In this document: positions 49,365 to 57,071 of the stretch, one piece after another
How positions within the stretch are numbered: the first letter of the stretch is position 1
Layout: each line of letters opens with the position of its first letter
Virus record (IMG/VR): IMGVR_UViG_2879469214_000007
Location: 64,001-122,781 of that record
Length of the DNA stretch: 58,781 bases
Origin: a virus
Lineage: Duplodnaviria; Heunggongvirae; Uroviricota; Caudoviricetes
Reading direction: 5' to 3' (one strand)
Notes under the pieces: model-generated
Database searches by the model: none
What the model was told of the DNA's origin: nothing
What the model saw: only the letters and a program-made list of their open reading frames with translations
Translations under genes and position numbers: made by a program

Positions 49365-49543
49365 TGAGAAACCCAGCAGTATCAAGGGTTTGGGCTATCT
49401 GCTCTCCTTTATACAATCTCCATTACCCATATATAATATATATATAATATAATTATTAATTATTATTAAATATAAATAATAAAGACTTATTAAAATCTTA
49501 TTTAATTATTTATTTAAGAAAAAGGTATAGAAAGTTCCCATCC

Positions 49544-49573
49544 TTGTGAAAACCGCTTTGCCTATGTTATAAT
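49544..49573 (+). promoter_or_regulatory. Sigma-A-like promoter
   Basis: TCC-TTGTGA-N18-TATAAT with an extended TG. Confidence 0.55.
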
Positions 49574-49612
49574 TTAAGTATAATATAAGATTAAGGGGGT
49601 ACATGTTTTTAG

Positions 49613-50182
49613 TTGAAATTGTTTTGTTTCATGGGAGCTAGTGGCTCCGGTAAGAGCGTAATACAGCACTCCCTGCCGGGTACAATTAAGTTCCTGACAC
49701 ATTTTGTAACCAGAGAAATCAGGCAAGAAGAAATAGACGGATATCATGTAAAGCACATCAGCAAGGAATTGTTTGATAATGAATACAGAGAAGGAAACAT
49801 AGCAACTCGCACTGAGTATGCTGGTAATTTATACGGGGCACCTTCCGGTTCGATAAAGGAAATTATCAACGGCACTCCCCATCATGCTACAACAACGGCA
49901 GACAGCATAGAGCAATTCAAGAGTATTCTTGGGGAAGACAAAGTGGTTGTCATATACATCAAACCACCAAGCATTGAAGCATTGGTTGAGAGAATGACAA
50001 AGCGCGGAGATAGCGAAGAAAATATTGTAAAGCGCATTTCCCATATATACTCTGCCGCAGAACTGGAGAATGAACAGTTGGCTGATTATGTAGTCATCAA
50101 TGACGACCTTGAAAATGCAAAATCAATGGTTCGCGGCATTATATATCAAGAGTTATATACGGAAAAGGAAAATGACATATGA
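49613..50182 (+). CDS. gmk: Guanylate kinase-like protein
   Basis: P-loop GASGSGKS, THFVTREIRQEEIDG, YAGNLYG and IYIKPPSIEALVERM. Confidence 0.85.
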   Translation: MKLFCFMGASGSGKSVIQHSLPGTIKFLTHFVTREIRQEEIDGYHVKHISKELFDNEYREGNIATRTEYAGNLYGAPSGSIKEIINGTPHHATTTADSIEQFKSILGEDKVVVIYIKPPSIEALVERMTKRGDSEENIVKRISHIYSAAELENEQLADYVVINDDLENAKSMVRGIIYQELYTEKENDI

Positions 50183-50937
50183 AATTAGGAATCGTTAGCG
50201 ATGTCCATTCGAATCTACCAGCCTTTATGAGCGTGCTGGAACACATGGAATCGCAAGGCGTAGATAAGAGAATTAGCCTTGGGGATACAGTAGGATATGG
50301 TCCTTTCCCCAATGAGTGCGTAGACCTCACTCTGTCGCACTTCAATTTTATTTTGAAAGGGAATCATGATGAAGCATCGTATGATACTGAGACTGCTTCC
50401 TACATGAACCCACTCGCAAAAACTGCAATTGAGTGGACATCTAAAAAACTAACAAAAGAAAACAAAGACACTCTTAAGAATTTAGAATATGGGTTTGTGA
50501 CCGAAGACGGAATTATGTTTGTACACGGAAGTCCAGAAGCTCCATTCCAATACATCAGCAGGATTGCCAATGCTATCAATGCATTTATGAATCCGATTGA
50601 GGATTTTCAAATCGCATTTGTCGGACACACACATGTCCCGGCAGTTTGGCAAACAGAAGACCACAAATCTGCTTATGTAGAACCGGAGTTCAGCACAAAC
50701 CACAATACGATTAGCGAATGGGAGCATTATATTGGCACCGAACGAACGATTGTCAATGTCGGCTCTGTTGGGCAACCACGAGACAATGACCCCCGAGCGT
50801 CTTATGCAATCTTTGATACAGAAACCAACCACCTTAAAATTTTCAAAATTCCTTATGCTATCGACAAGACTGTAGCAAAAATGCAACAAGCTCAGTTGCC
50901 GATGGATTTATGGCTGAGAATTATGTATGGAAGATAA
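50179..50937 (+). CDS. Calcineurin-like metallophosphoesterase (YfcE/MJ0936-type)
   Basis: SDVHSN, GDTVGY, GNHD, VHGSP, GHTH and GSVGQPRD motifs. Confidence 0.9.
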   Translation: MKLGIVSDVHSNLPAFMSVLEHMESQGVDKRISLGDTVGYGPFPNECVDLTLSHFNFILKGNHDEASYDTETASYMNPLAKTAIEWTSKKLTKENKDTLKNLEYGFVTEDGIMFVHGSPEAPFQYISRIANAINAFMNPIEDFQIAFVGHTHVPAVWQTEDHKSAYVEPEFSTNHNTISEWEHYIGTERTIVNVGSVGQPRDNDPRASYAIFDTETNHLKIFKIPYAIDKTVAKMQQAQLPMDLWLRIMYGR

Positions 50938-51424
50938 AAGCTATGTCATTTGCAATGTTTGCGGTGGCAGAGGTGGATGGTTGGGAGGAGCAAAGTTGTT
51001 CCCGGAAGACCCTTGGATATACTGCCAGTTCTGTAATGGCTTTGGCTTTTATGAAAAGGAGCCTGATGAATCATCAGATAATTTCTTTGCAGAGTATGTT
51101 GGCTACAAGAAAAAAATTGTTGAAGCCCTAACAGATTCAATATGTGAAGTCAAAAATTATACTACAGAGGACATGGGCAAAACCATAGAAATAACGATTA
51201 TGCCTTATAACAGGGGCAGATTCAGCGACTTTGTTTTCTTAATCTTAAAGCTGAGTCACTATAGTACCAAGATTAAAATCAGGGTGATTCAGGAGTTCTT
51301 ATACAAAGAGGAAACTAACGCTTATGTTCATGTATGGAAACTGGTGCTTGAGCCAAATGAGCTTTCTGATTTGGACGGATTCCATGACATTGTTAAACTT
51401 TGGGAAAGAAATGGCGGTCGATAA
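50927..51424 (+). CDS. Hypothetical protein with N-terminal CxxCxGxG Zn finger
   Basis: CNVCGGRG and CQFCNGFG; overlaps the upstream gene. Confidence 0.65.
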   Translation: MEDKSYVICNVCGGRGGWLGGAKLFPEDPWIYCQFCNGFGFYEKEPDESSDNFFAEYVGYKKKIVEALTDSICEVKNYTTEDMGKTIEITIMPYNRGRFSDFVFLILKLSHYSTKIKIRVIQEFLYKEETNAYVHVWKLVLEPNELSDLDGFHDIVKLWERNGGR

Positions 51425-51524
51425 TTTGGTAACTAAAATCAAAAAATTGATTTCCAATCTATTCGGCGGCAAGAAGAAAAAGGTCGAAGAGGTTGAGGGA
51501 TTCAAGAAAGCATACGGGAAGTGA
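51411..51524 (+). CDS. 37-aa basic amphipathic peptide
   Basis: ATG 51411 gives MAVDNLVTKIKKLISNLFGGKKKK..., filling the gap between two genes. Confidence 0.45.
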   Translation: MAVDNLVTKIKKLISNLFGGKKKKVEEVEGFKKAYGK

Positions 51525-51528
51525 CTAT

Positions 51529-52317
51529 ATGGCTAATATAACAATTCAATTTATGGGAACAGGCAGTTCCTTTTCAAAGAAATACGGCAACACCAGTGCA
51601 TTAATCTTTATTGAGAACAATGGAACTACTAAAAAGCTTTTGATTGATTGCGGCAGAACAACGCCGGACGACCTCGCAAGCCTTGGCTACAGCTTTGCCG
51701 ATGTAGATGCTATATTTATCACCCATTTGCATGGCGACCATGTGTATGGGCTTGAGGAAGCCGCTTTCGTGGGCAGATATGTGATTAACAAAAAGCCACA
51801 CCTTATCTTTCCTCATGAAAAGCTCAAGACAGACCTTTGGGAGAGGGTTCTCAAGGGCACAATGATGAACGGTGACTTGCCAAGGCTCATGACTATGGAA
51901 GATTACTTTGTGAGCACCATTGTTGAGCGCGAAGAACAATACTTCTTCTTGAACGATGTAATGTTCTCCGTCTTCCCTACTGTTCATATCAAAAACAAGA
52001 AGTCATACGGCGTAATCATCGGTGAACGAGATTTTATCATCTACTCCGGCGATTCCATGTTAAACAAAGACCTGATTGATATTGGATTCATCAACGACTG
52101 CCAAGCAGTGTTCCATGATTGCCAGATGTTTCACACTGAGGATAGGGTTCATGCGTCACTCGAAGACCTCTTGACTCTTGATGAAAGCATCCGTGAGGAT
52201 GTCTATATCATGCACTATGGAGACGACCTTGAGGAACATGTTGAACGCATTCACGGCGAAGGTTTTAAGGTTGCAGTTCGCGGGGAAAAATATCAGTTCG
52301 TAGTAAAAGAGATTTGA
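51529..52317 (+). CDS. apyc1: MBL-fold cyclic nucleotide phosphodiesterase, Apyc1 (anti-Pycsar)-like
   Basis: GTGSSFSKK, LLIDCG, THLHGDH, GLEE, LWE..LKG, YSGDS, FHDCQ, VHASLEDLL and MHYGD follow the Apyc1 motif order as recalled. The start was reassigned to ATG 51529. Confidence 0.75.
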   Translation: MANITIQFMGTGSSFSKKYGNTSALIFIENNGTTKKLLIDCGRTTPDDLASLGYSFADVDAIFITHLHGDHVYGLEEAAFVGRYVINKKPHLIFPHEKLKTDLWERVLKGTMMNGDLPRLMTMEDYFVSTIVEREEQYFFLNDVMFSVFPTVHIKNKKSYGVIIGERDFIIYSGDSMLNKDLIDIGFINDCQAVFHDCQMFHTEDRVHASLEDLLTLDESIREDVYIMHYGDDLEEHVERIHGEGFKVAVRGEKYQFVVKEI

Positions 52318-52324
52318 TTTATCC

Positions 52325-52354
52325 TTGTCAAACATTGGACAAATATTTTATAAT
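52325..52354 (+). promoter_or_regulatory. Sigma-A-like promoter
   Basis: TCC-TTGTCA-N18-TATAAT. Confidence 0.6.
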
Positions 52355-52386
52355 ATAAATATATTACAACTAGAGCAAGAAAGGCT

Positions 52387-52899
52387 GTGAAGCCTACGAA
52401 TAAATACACAATGAAAGAAACCATGGATGTCGCTAAACAGGCATCCTTGGAAATTGAACAATACCTATGGCAACAACCCGAAACACTGGGCGTTGTTAAT
52501 CTGGAAGACGACCCTTATTTCCAATCACTAGATATTGACTTGGTTTGGGAAACAAAAGACGGCGTGTTCCTCGTTGAAATCAAAGGTGATAGATATTATC
52601 GCACCGGGAACTACTTCTTTGAGGTAGTAAGCAATCAAAGCAAGAACTCATTGGGATGTTTTATGTATACCGAAGCTGATTTCGTCTTTTATTATTTCAT
52701 TGATGAAAAAGAGCTTCATGTCCTCCCCATGCCCCAAACCAGAGAATGGTTTAATGAGAACAAAGACAGATATCAGCAAAAGACGGTTTCTACTTCGGTT
52801 GGTACGGGAAGATATTTAACGGTTGGCAAGCTGGTACCAAGGGATGAAGTTAAGGGTAAAAAAGTCGTAAATCTTTCCGTCCTTGACAAATTGGCTTAA
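52387..52899 (+). CDS. PD-(D/E)xK nuclease-like protein
   Basis: DIDL..VEIKGD..TGNYFFE..EADF pattern; GTG start. Confidence 0.55.
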   Translation: MKPTNKYTMKETMDVAKQASLEIEQYLWQQPETLGVVNLEDDPYFQSLDIDLVWETKDGVFLVEIKGDRYYRTGNYFFEVVSNQSKNSLGCFMYTEADFVFYYFIDEKELHVLPMPQTREWFNENKDRYQQKTVSTSVGTGRYLTVGKLVPRDEVKGKKVVNLSVLDKLA

Positions 52900-52911
52900 T
52901 CGTGTTATAAT
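52883..52911 (+). promoter_or_regulatory. Strong sigma-A promoter for the RNA-repeat array and the DUF2828 gene
   Basis: TTGACA-N17-TATAAT with an extended TG. The downstream TATATTTATAAGATAACA is nearly identical to that of the promoter at 55058. Confidence 0.8.
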
Positions 52912-52930
52912 ATATTTATAAGATAACAGT

Positions 52931-52994
52931 TAGACGCAAACAGCAATCCAATACTAATTCATATGCGAATGAATAAAACAGTCTATTGCGTCTA
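52931..52994 (+). ncRNA. ACAGCAA stem-loop unit 1
   Basis: TAGACGCAA/TTGCGTCTA closing stem; ACAGCAA at 52940. Confidence 0.6.
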
Positions 52995-53005
52995 GTCCGA
53001 ACGTT

Positions 53006-53120
53006 TAGGCGGTCACAGCAAATCAAAAAAACATTAAAATAATACTAAATTGATTATTATATTTGATTTATCTCATGTGACATAGGTTTCCTCCAACAAA
53101 CCCTACCATATAACCGCCTA
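53006..53120 (+). ncRNA. ACAGCAA stem-loop unit 2
   Basis: TAGGCGGT/ACCGCCTA stem; ACAGCAA at 53015. Confidence 0.6.
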
Positions 53121-53139
53121 GTCCTTATGCTGATTTTAC

Positions 53140-53227
53140 AGGCACACACAGCAAACCATTTGTATCCTACAGGATAAAAAGACAATCGTTTGATTCATAA
53201 ATTAAATGAGAATACTATCTGGTGCCT
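53140..53227 (+). ncRNA. ACAGCAA stem-loop unit 3
   Basis: AGGCAC/GTGCCT stem; ACAGCAA at 53148. Confidence 0.55.
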
Positions 53228-53232
53228 AGAAA

Positions 53233-53318
53233 AAGACGCATCACAGCAAACTGCTAAAAGAGTAAATTACGATATACTTATAATATATTTATAATATAAA
53301 TTAACCTTTTAGCGTCTT
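53233..53318 (+). ncRNA. ACAGCAA stem-loop unit 4
   Basis: AAGACGC/GCGTCTT stem; ACAGCAA at 53243. Confidence 0.55.
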
Positions 53319-53350
53319 GTTTACAAAATCGAAAAGGAGAATTGCCTTAA

Positions 53351-54835
53351 ATGTTAAACCATCTTAAAGCGGCAACAAACGTTGCATACACAGAGAACGG
53401 AGCACGAGCTTTTGCAACAACTCAAAGCGCACTGCTTGATATGTTCGCCCAAGGCGGCGCACTTCGTAACCGCTCTGATTCCGATAAAATTAAACTGTTT
53501 ACTAAAGCATTTGCGGAAAATTCCACTCTCGCTATGAGAATGCTGTTTTACTTCCGTGATGTTCGCGGCGGTCAAGGTGAGCGCAATACTTTCCGTGTAA
53601 TCGTTCGCTATCTGGCTGACCACCACACTGATGCAATGAGACGTAACCTCGGTTGGATTTCATTCTTCGGTCGCTGGGATGACTTGTATGCATTTGTCGG
53701 TACTAAACTTGAGAAGGATGCTTTCGGCATTATCACAAGCCAGTTCCGTGAAGATGTTTCAAGCGAACGCCCTTCCCTACTAGGTAAATGGCTCAAATCA
53801 GAAAACGCTTCTTCTTACGAGACTAAAACCCTTGCTAAGAAAACTCGTGAATCTCTGGATTTGACACCACGACAATACCGCAAGGCTCTGTCGGCACTTC
53901 GCTCTCGTATCGCTATCGTTGAATCACAAATGAGTGCAAATGAATGGACAGATATCGACTACAGCAAATTGCCATCGCAAGCTAGCCTTCGTTATCGTCA
54001 AGCCTTCTATCGTCACGACCTCGATGGATATCAAGGATATATTGATTCCCTGAAACGCGGCGATGCTGGTGTAAAAGTAAATACAAAAACCCTTTATCCA
54101 TACGAAATTGTCCATGAAATCTTTTCTGGTAAAGTTCGCGTCGGCAACAAGTACAATGTTCAGTTCGGCAATGCCGCAAATGAAGATATGCTTAATGTGA
54201 TGTGGGAAAACTTGCCTGATTACTTCAATGGAAACACTGAAAACTCTCTTGTGGTTGTTGACACAAGCGGCTCTATGTACGGATTGCCAATCGAAATTGC
54301 GGTTTCCCTTGGTATCTATGCGGCAGAAAGAAATAAAGGTAAGTTCCACAACCACTTTATGACTTTCAGCAACCGTCCAGAGCTTGTTGAACTGCAAGGC
54401 ACAGGAATTGTGGAGCGTGTTCGCAACATGAGCCAAGCAAACTGGGATATGAATACAGATATTAAGCGTGTCTTTGACTTGGTGCTTAAGACTGCTATTG
54501 AAAACAGTTTGCCACAGGATGAAATGATTGGACGCATCTACATCGTGTCTGACATGGAGTTCGATGGTTGTGTCACAGGCGGCAACAACCAAACCCTGTT
54601 CCAAACCATTGAGAGTGAATACCGTGCGGCTGGCTACACAATGCCTAATCTGGTGTTCTGGAATGTAAATGCAAGAGGAAGCCAATTCCCTACTGATATG
54701 ACTGCCACTGGCGTTCAATTGGTAAGCGGAGCAAGCCCTAGCATCTTTACAAACCTCCTGAAAGGTTCTATGTTAAGCCCATACGAGCTGATGCTTGATG
54801 TAATTAACAGCGAACGCTACGGTGTAATTTCGTAA
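53351..54835 (+). CDS. DUF2828/TROVE-like helical protein with vWA domain (Ro60-related RNA-binding candidate)
   Basis: TENGA..LLDMF..FYFRDVRGGQGER, GRWDDL, GKWLKSE, MIDAS VDTSGSM, TFS, SDMEFD, FWNV and VSGASP. Confidence 0.8.
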   Translation: MLNHLKAATNVAYTENGARAFATTQSALLDMFAQGGALRNRSDSDKIKLFTKAFAENSTLAMRMLFYFRDVRGGQGERNTFRVIVRYLADHHTDAMRRNLGWISFFGRWDDLYAFVGTKLEKDAFGIITSQFREDVSSERPSLLGKWLKSENASSYETKTLAKKTRESLDLTPRQYRKALSALRSRIAIVESQMSANEWTDIDYSKLPSQASLRYRQAFYRHDLDGYQGYIDSLKRGDAGVKVNTKTLYPYEIVHEIFSGKVRVGNKYNVQFGNAANEDMLNVMWENLPDYFNGNTENSLVVVDTSGSMYGLPIEIAVSLGIYAAERNKGKFHNHFMTFSNRPELVELQGTGIVERVRNMSQANWDMNTDIKRVFDLVLKTAIENSLPQDEMIGRIYIVSDMEFDGCVTGGNNQTLFQTIESEYRAAGYTMPNLVFWNVNARGSQFPTDMTATGVQLVSGASPSIFTNLLKGSMLSPYELMLDVINSERYGVIS

Positions 54836-54842
54836 TAACTAT

Positions 54843-54870
54843 GGGGAGCCTAAAAACTCCCCTTTTTATT
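54843..54870 (+). terminator. Intrinsic terminator after the DUF2828 gene
   Basis: GGGGAG/CTCCCC stem followed by TTTTTATT. Confidence 0.7.
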
Positions 54871-54944
54871 TTCCTAAAAAGGCATAGCATCATTTATTAG
54901 ACTTCAAGAAGTTGAGTATTTATCTGATTAAAAAAACAATATAT

Positions 54945-55032
54945 GGTGTGCGTGTTGGAATAGTAAACAAGTCGGACTGTGAATCCGGTGGGCATAACGC
55001 CCTTGCGAGTGCAAGTCTCGTCGCATACCCCA
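54945..55032 (+). tRNA. trnH: tRNA-His(GUG) with long variable arm
   Basis: Anticodon loop CTGTGAA; 8-bp acceptor with G-1:C73; encoded CCA; 16-nt variable region. Confidence 0.8.
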
Positions 55033-55057
55033 CGTAATTATAACTTTTTGTTTATCC

Positions 55058-55087
55058 TTGTCGAACTTCGATAACAAATGTTATAAT
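55058..55087 (+). promoter_or_regulatory. Sigma-A-like promoter for the tRNA cluster
   Basis: TCC-TTGTCG-N18-TATAAT with an extended TG. Confidence 0.65.
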
Positions 55088-55114
55088 ATACTTATAAGAT
55101 AACATATTAACCGT

Positions 55115-55189
55115 TGGGGATTAGCCAAATGGGACGGCAGAGGACTTTGACCCCTCTATGAAGTGGTTCGATTCCACTATCCCTAGCCA
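55115..55189 (+). tRNA. trnQ: tRNA-Gln(UUG)
   Basis: Loop CTTTGAC; acceptor TGGGGAT/ATCCCTA; CCA. Confidence 0.9.
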
Positions 55190-55208
55190 ACGTTTTACAA
55201 ATTAATAT

Positions 55209-55284
55209 GGCGCTATGGTCAAGTGGTCAAGACACGGTGCTTTCACCACCGAATCGGCGGGTTCAACTCCCCCTAGCGTCACCA
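55209..55284 (+). tRNA. trnE: tRNA-Glu(UUC)
   Basis: CGGTG-CTTTCAC-CACCG; acceptor GGCGCTA/TAGCGTC; CCA. Confidence 0.9.
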
Positions 55285-55331
55285 ACGTATCACCAAATTA
55301 AAATTACATATCAAAAGGAGAGGTTTTATAG

Positions 55332-56006
55332 ATGCCAGCACCAAGGACAGGTAGAGCAACAACAAAACAGGAAACTCAAGCAACACTCGTGGCGGCTTAC
55401 AACGCGGTACTCGATGAACAGCGCGTAGCATTTGAAGCGGAGATTGCAGAGGAAAGAGCTAAATTCGAATCTGAAAAAGCAGAGCAATTAGCCGCATGGA
55501 AGAAAGAACTTGCACGAACTAAGGAAGAAGATAACTACCAGTTTAACAAAGAAAAGCGCGACCGCGAAGATGAACTCAAAGTTGAACTAGCTAAGCGTGT
55601 GTCTGATGTAACTGAGCGTGAAACTAAGGTTAAGGAACGCGAATCCGCTATCGGAGATGCAGAAGCAACAATTGCTAAGCTTCAAAAATCTGTTGATGAC
55701 ATTCCAGCTATCACCGTAAAAGCAGAAGCAACTGGTGTAACGAAAGGCGCGGCAGAAGCTAAGAAAGAAGCAGAAGCGAATGCACGCATTAAAGAAGCTG
55801 AGACTAATGCTAAGGAATCTATCCTGAACAACCAAATCACTGCTTTGAAAGCAAGTGAAGAAACTCAAACGGCTACAATCGCACGACTTAATGAAGAACT
55901 TAAAGCGGCTAACGCTCGTGTTCAAGAGATTGCTAACAATGCTGTTCATTCAGCAGGGCTATCTAAAGTAACTGTACAGAATGCACCAGCCGGAAACGGT
56001 CGATAA
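55332..56006 (+). CDS. Coiled-coil protein
   Basis: 224 aa rich in Ala/Glu/Lys with heptad character; SD AAGGAGAGG; followed by a terminator. Confidence 0.8.
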   Translation: MPAPRTGRATTKQETQATLVAAYNAVLDEQRVAFEAEIAEERAKFESEKAEQLAAWKKELARTKEEDNYQFNKEKRDREDELKVELAKRVSDVTERETKVKERESAIGDAEATIAKLQKSVDDIPAITVKAEATGVTKGAAEAKKEAEANARIKEAETNAKESILNNQITALKASEETQTATIARLNEELKAANARVQEIANNAVHSAGLSKVTVQNAPAGNGR

Positions 56007-56015
56007 GATTTAACT

Positions 56016-56031
56016 GCCCCTTCGGGGGCTT
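56016..56031 (+). terminator. UUCG hairpin after the coiled-coil gene
   Basis: GCCCC-TTCG-GGGGC followed by TT. Confidence 0.55.
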
Positions 56032-56036
56032 AATAA

Positions 56037-56111
56037 TCCGAAGTAACTCAGTGGTAGAGTAATCCGCTGTTAACGGAGAGGTCGGGGGTTCGAATCCCTC
56101 CTTCGGAGCCA
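56037..56111 (+). tRNA. trnN: tRNA-Asn(GUU)
   Basis: Loop CTGTTAA; acceptor TCCGAAG/CTTCGGA; CCA. Confidence 0.9.
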
Positions 56112-56114
56112 TAT

Positions 56115-56186
56115 GCCTTTACTAATGGATTTAGCACCGTGACTACGAATCATGGTTGGGGAGTTCGATTCTCTCTAAGGGCACCA
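56115..56186 (+). tRNA. trnR: tRNA-Arg(ACG) with shortened D-arm region
   Basis: Loop CTACGAA; acceptor GCCTTTA/TAAGGGC; CCA; only 72 nt long. Confidence 0.7.
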
Positions 56187-56222
56187 CGTAATAATGTAAT
56201 ATAGCGAACAGTTGGAATCGGC

Positions 56223-56292
56223 TACCTAGTATAAACGACATCACAAGATGGGTTGACTTGCGCCCCTCAAAAGGCAAGCTACAGACTAGGTA
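56223..56292 (+). ncRNA. Unassigned three-way-junction RNA candidate
   Basis: TACCTAGT/ACTAGGTA closing stem enclosing CATC/GATG and CTTGC/GCAAG hairpins. Confidence 0.4.
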
Positions 56293-56307
56293 TTACTTAT
56301 TTCATAT

Positions 56308-56383
56308 GCATCCTTATATCAACTGGGAGATTATCACTCTTACAAAGTGAAGGTTACAGGTTCGAGTCCTGTAGGGTGTACCA
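56308..56383 (+). tRNA. trnV: tRNA-Val(UAC)
   Basis: TCACT-CTTACAA-AGTGA; T-loop TTCGAGT; CCA. Confidence 0.9.
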
Positions 56384-56387
56384 TTTT

Positions 56388-56461
56388 GGGGTCTTAGTAT
56401 AAAGGGATTACATTCGGCTTGCAACCGAATAATAGGGGTTCAATTCCCCTAGATTCCACCA
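56388..56461 (+). tRNA. trnA: tRNA-Ala(UGC)
   Basis: TTCGG-CTTGCAA-CCGAA; G3.U70 present; CCA. Confidence 0.9.
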
Positions 56462-56464
56462 CGT

Positions 56465-56610
56465 TCCTTGCAACTCTACGCATAAACGAGCAGTTTTTAA
56501 CAGGCTTTTCTGCTTTATCAAAAATAATCCCAACGTTGCTAGAGGTAGAAAAGGTTCTCTACGCGCCTGTTCCGCACATTGGTTCGATACAGGTAACAAG
56601 AGATGCAGGA
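56465..56610 (+). ncRNA. Unassigned ~146-nt structured RNA candidate
   Basis: 5'/3' closing stem TCC(T)TGCA.CTCT / AGAG.TGCAGGA; internal hairpins GCAG/CTGC, TAGAG/CTCTA and CCTGT/ACAGG, the last enclosing TTCGAT. Confidence 0.4.
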
Positions 56611-56640
56611 GATGCCGCCCTGCCTAGCACATCATAATAT

Positions 56641-56717
56641 TGTCTAGTATATCAGTGGTTTAGATAGTCCGTCTGATAAGCGGGAGGTCGCTGGTTCGAA
56701 TCCAGCCTAGACAACCA
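56641..56717 (+). tRNA. trnI: tRNA-Ile(GAU)
   Basis: Loop CTGATAA; acceptor TGTCTAG/CTAGACA; CCA. Confidence 0.9.
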
Positions 56718-56718
56718 T

Positions 56719-56792
56719 GGCTCCGTAGTATATGGGTATCATCTTCGCCTGTCACGCGAAAGAAACGAGTTCGAGTCTCGTCGGAGCCGCCA
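56719..56792 (+). tRNA. trnD: tRNA-Asp(GUC)
   Basis: TTCGC-CTGTCAC-GCGAA; acceptor GGCTCCG/CGGAGCC; G73; CCA. Confidence 0.92.
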
Positions 56793-56797
56793 CGTAT

Positions 56798-56870
56798 CGC
56801 AGGGAGAATTGGTATTCAAATTCGTTTCATAAGCGAATCTCCGTGGGTTCAATCCCCACTCCTGCGACCA
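56798..56870 (+). tRNA. tRNA with CAU anticodon (elongator Met or Ile2)
   Basis: Loop TTCATAA; fully paired acceptor CGCAGGG/TCCTGCG; compact D-arm; CCA. Confidence 0.7.
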
Positions 56871-56892
56871 ATAAACGTAAAGAGGTTTTCTT

Positions 56893-57060
56893 ATGGTCGA
56901 TAAAGATTTAGTTTTACAATTAAGGCAAGAAACAGGTATGGGAATGCTTGATTGCAAAAGAGCTTTAGAGAAATCAAATGGCGACTATGCTAATGCTAAA
57001 ATCTTCTTAGTTGAACAATGGGAAATAACTAAAATGGTTTCTTTTATTACCTACAGATAA
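56893..57060 (+). CDS. 55-aa protein resembling the EF-Ts N-terminal (UBA-like) domain
   Basis: Not in the ORF track (<60 aa). Hand translation gives MVDKDLVLQLRQETGMGMLDCKRALEKSNGDYANAKIFL..., with SD AGAGG. Confidence 0.75.
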   Translation: MVDKDLVLQLRQETGMGMLDCKRALEKSNGDYANAKIFLVEQWEITKMVSFITYR

Positions 57061-57071
57061 TCTAATAATAT

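Noticed and set aside
52931-53318. CRISPR array interpretation of the ACAGCAA repeats
   Set aside because: Only 7 nt are invariant, the unit lengths vary (64-115 nt), and no cas genes are present.
53924-54718. 264-aa antisense ORF, and the other long antisense ORFs across structural genes
   Set aside because: They lie wholly opposite well-supported genes and show no recognisable motifs.
56223-56292. Hammerhead ribozyme
   Set aside because: The three-way junction lacks the CUGANGA and GAAA core.
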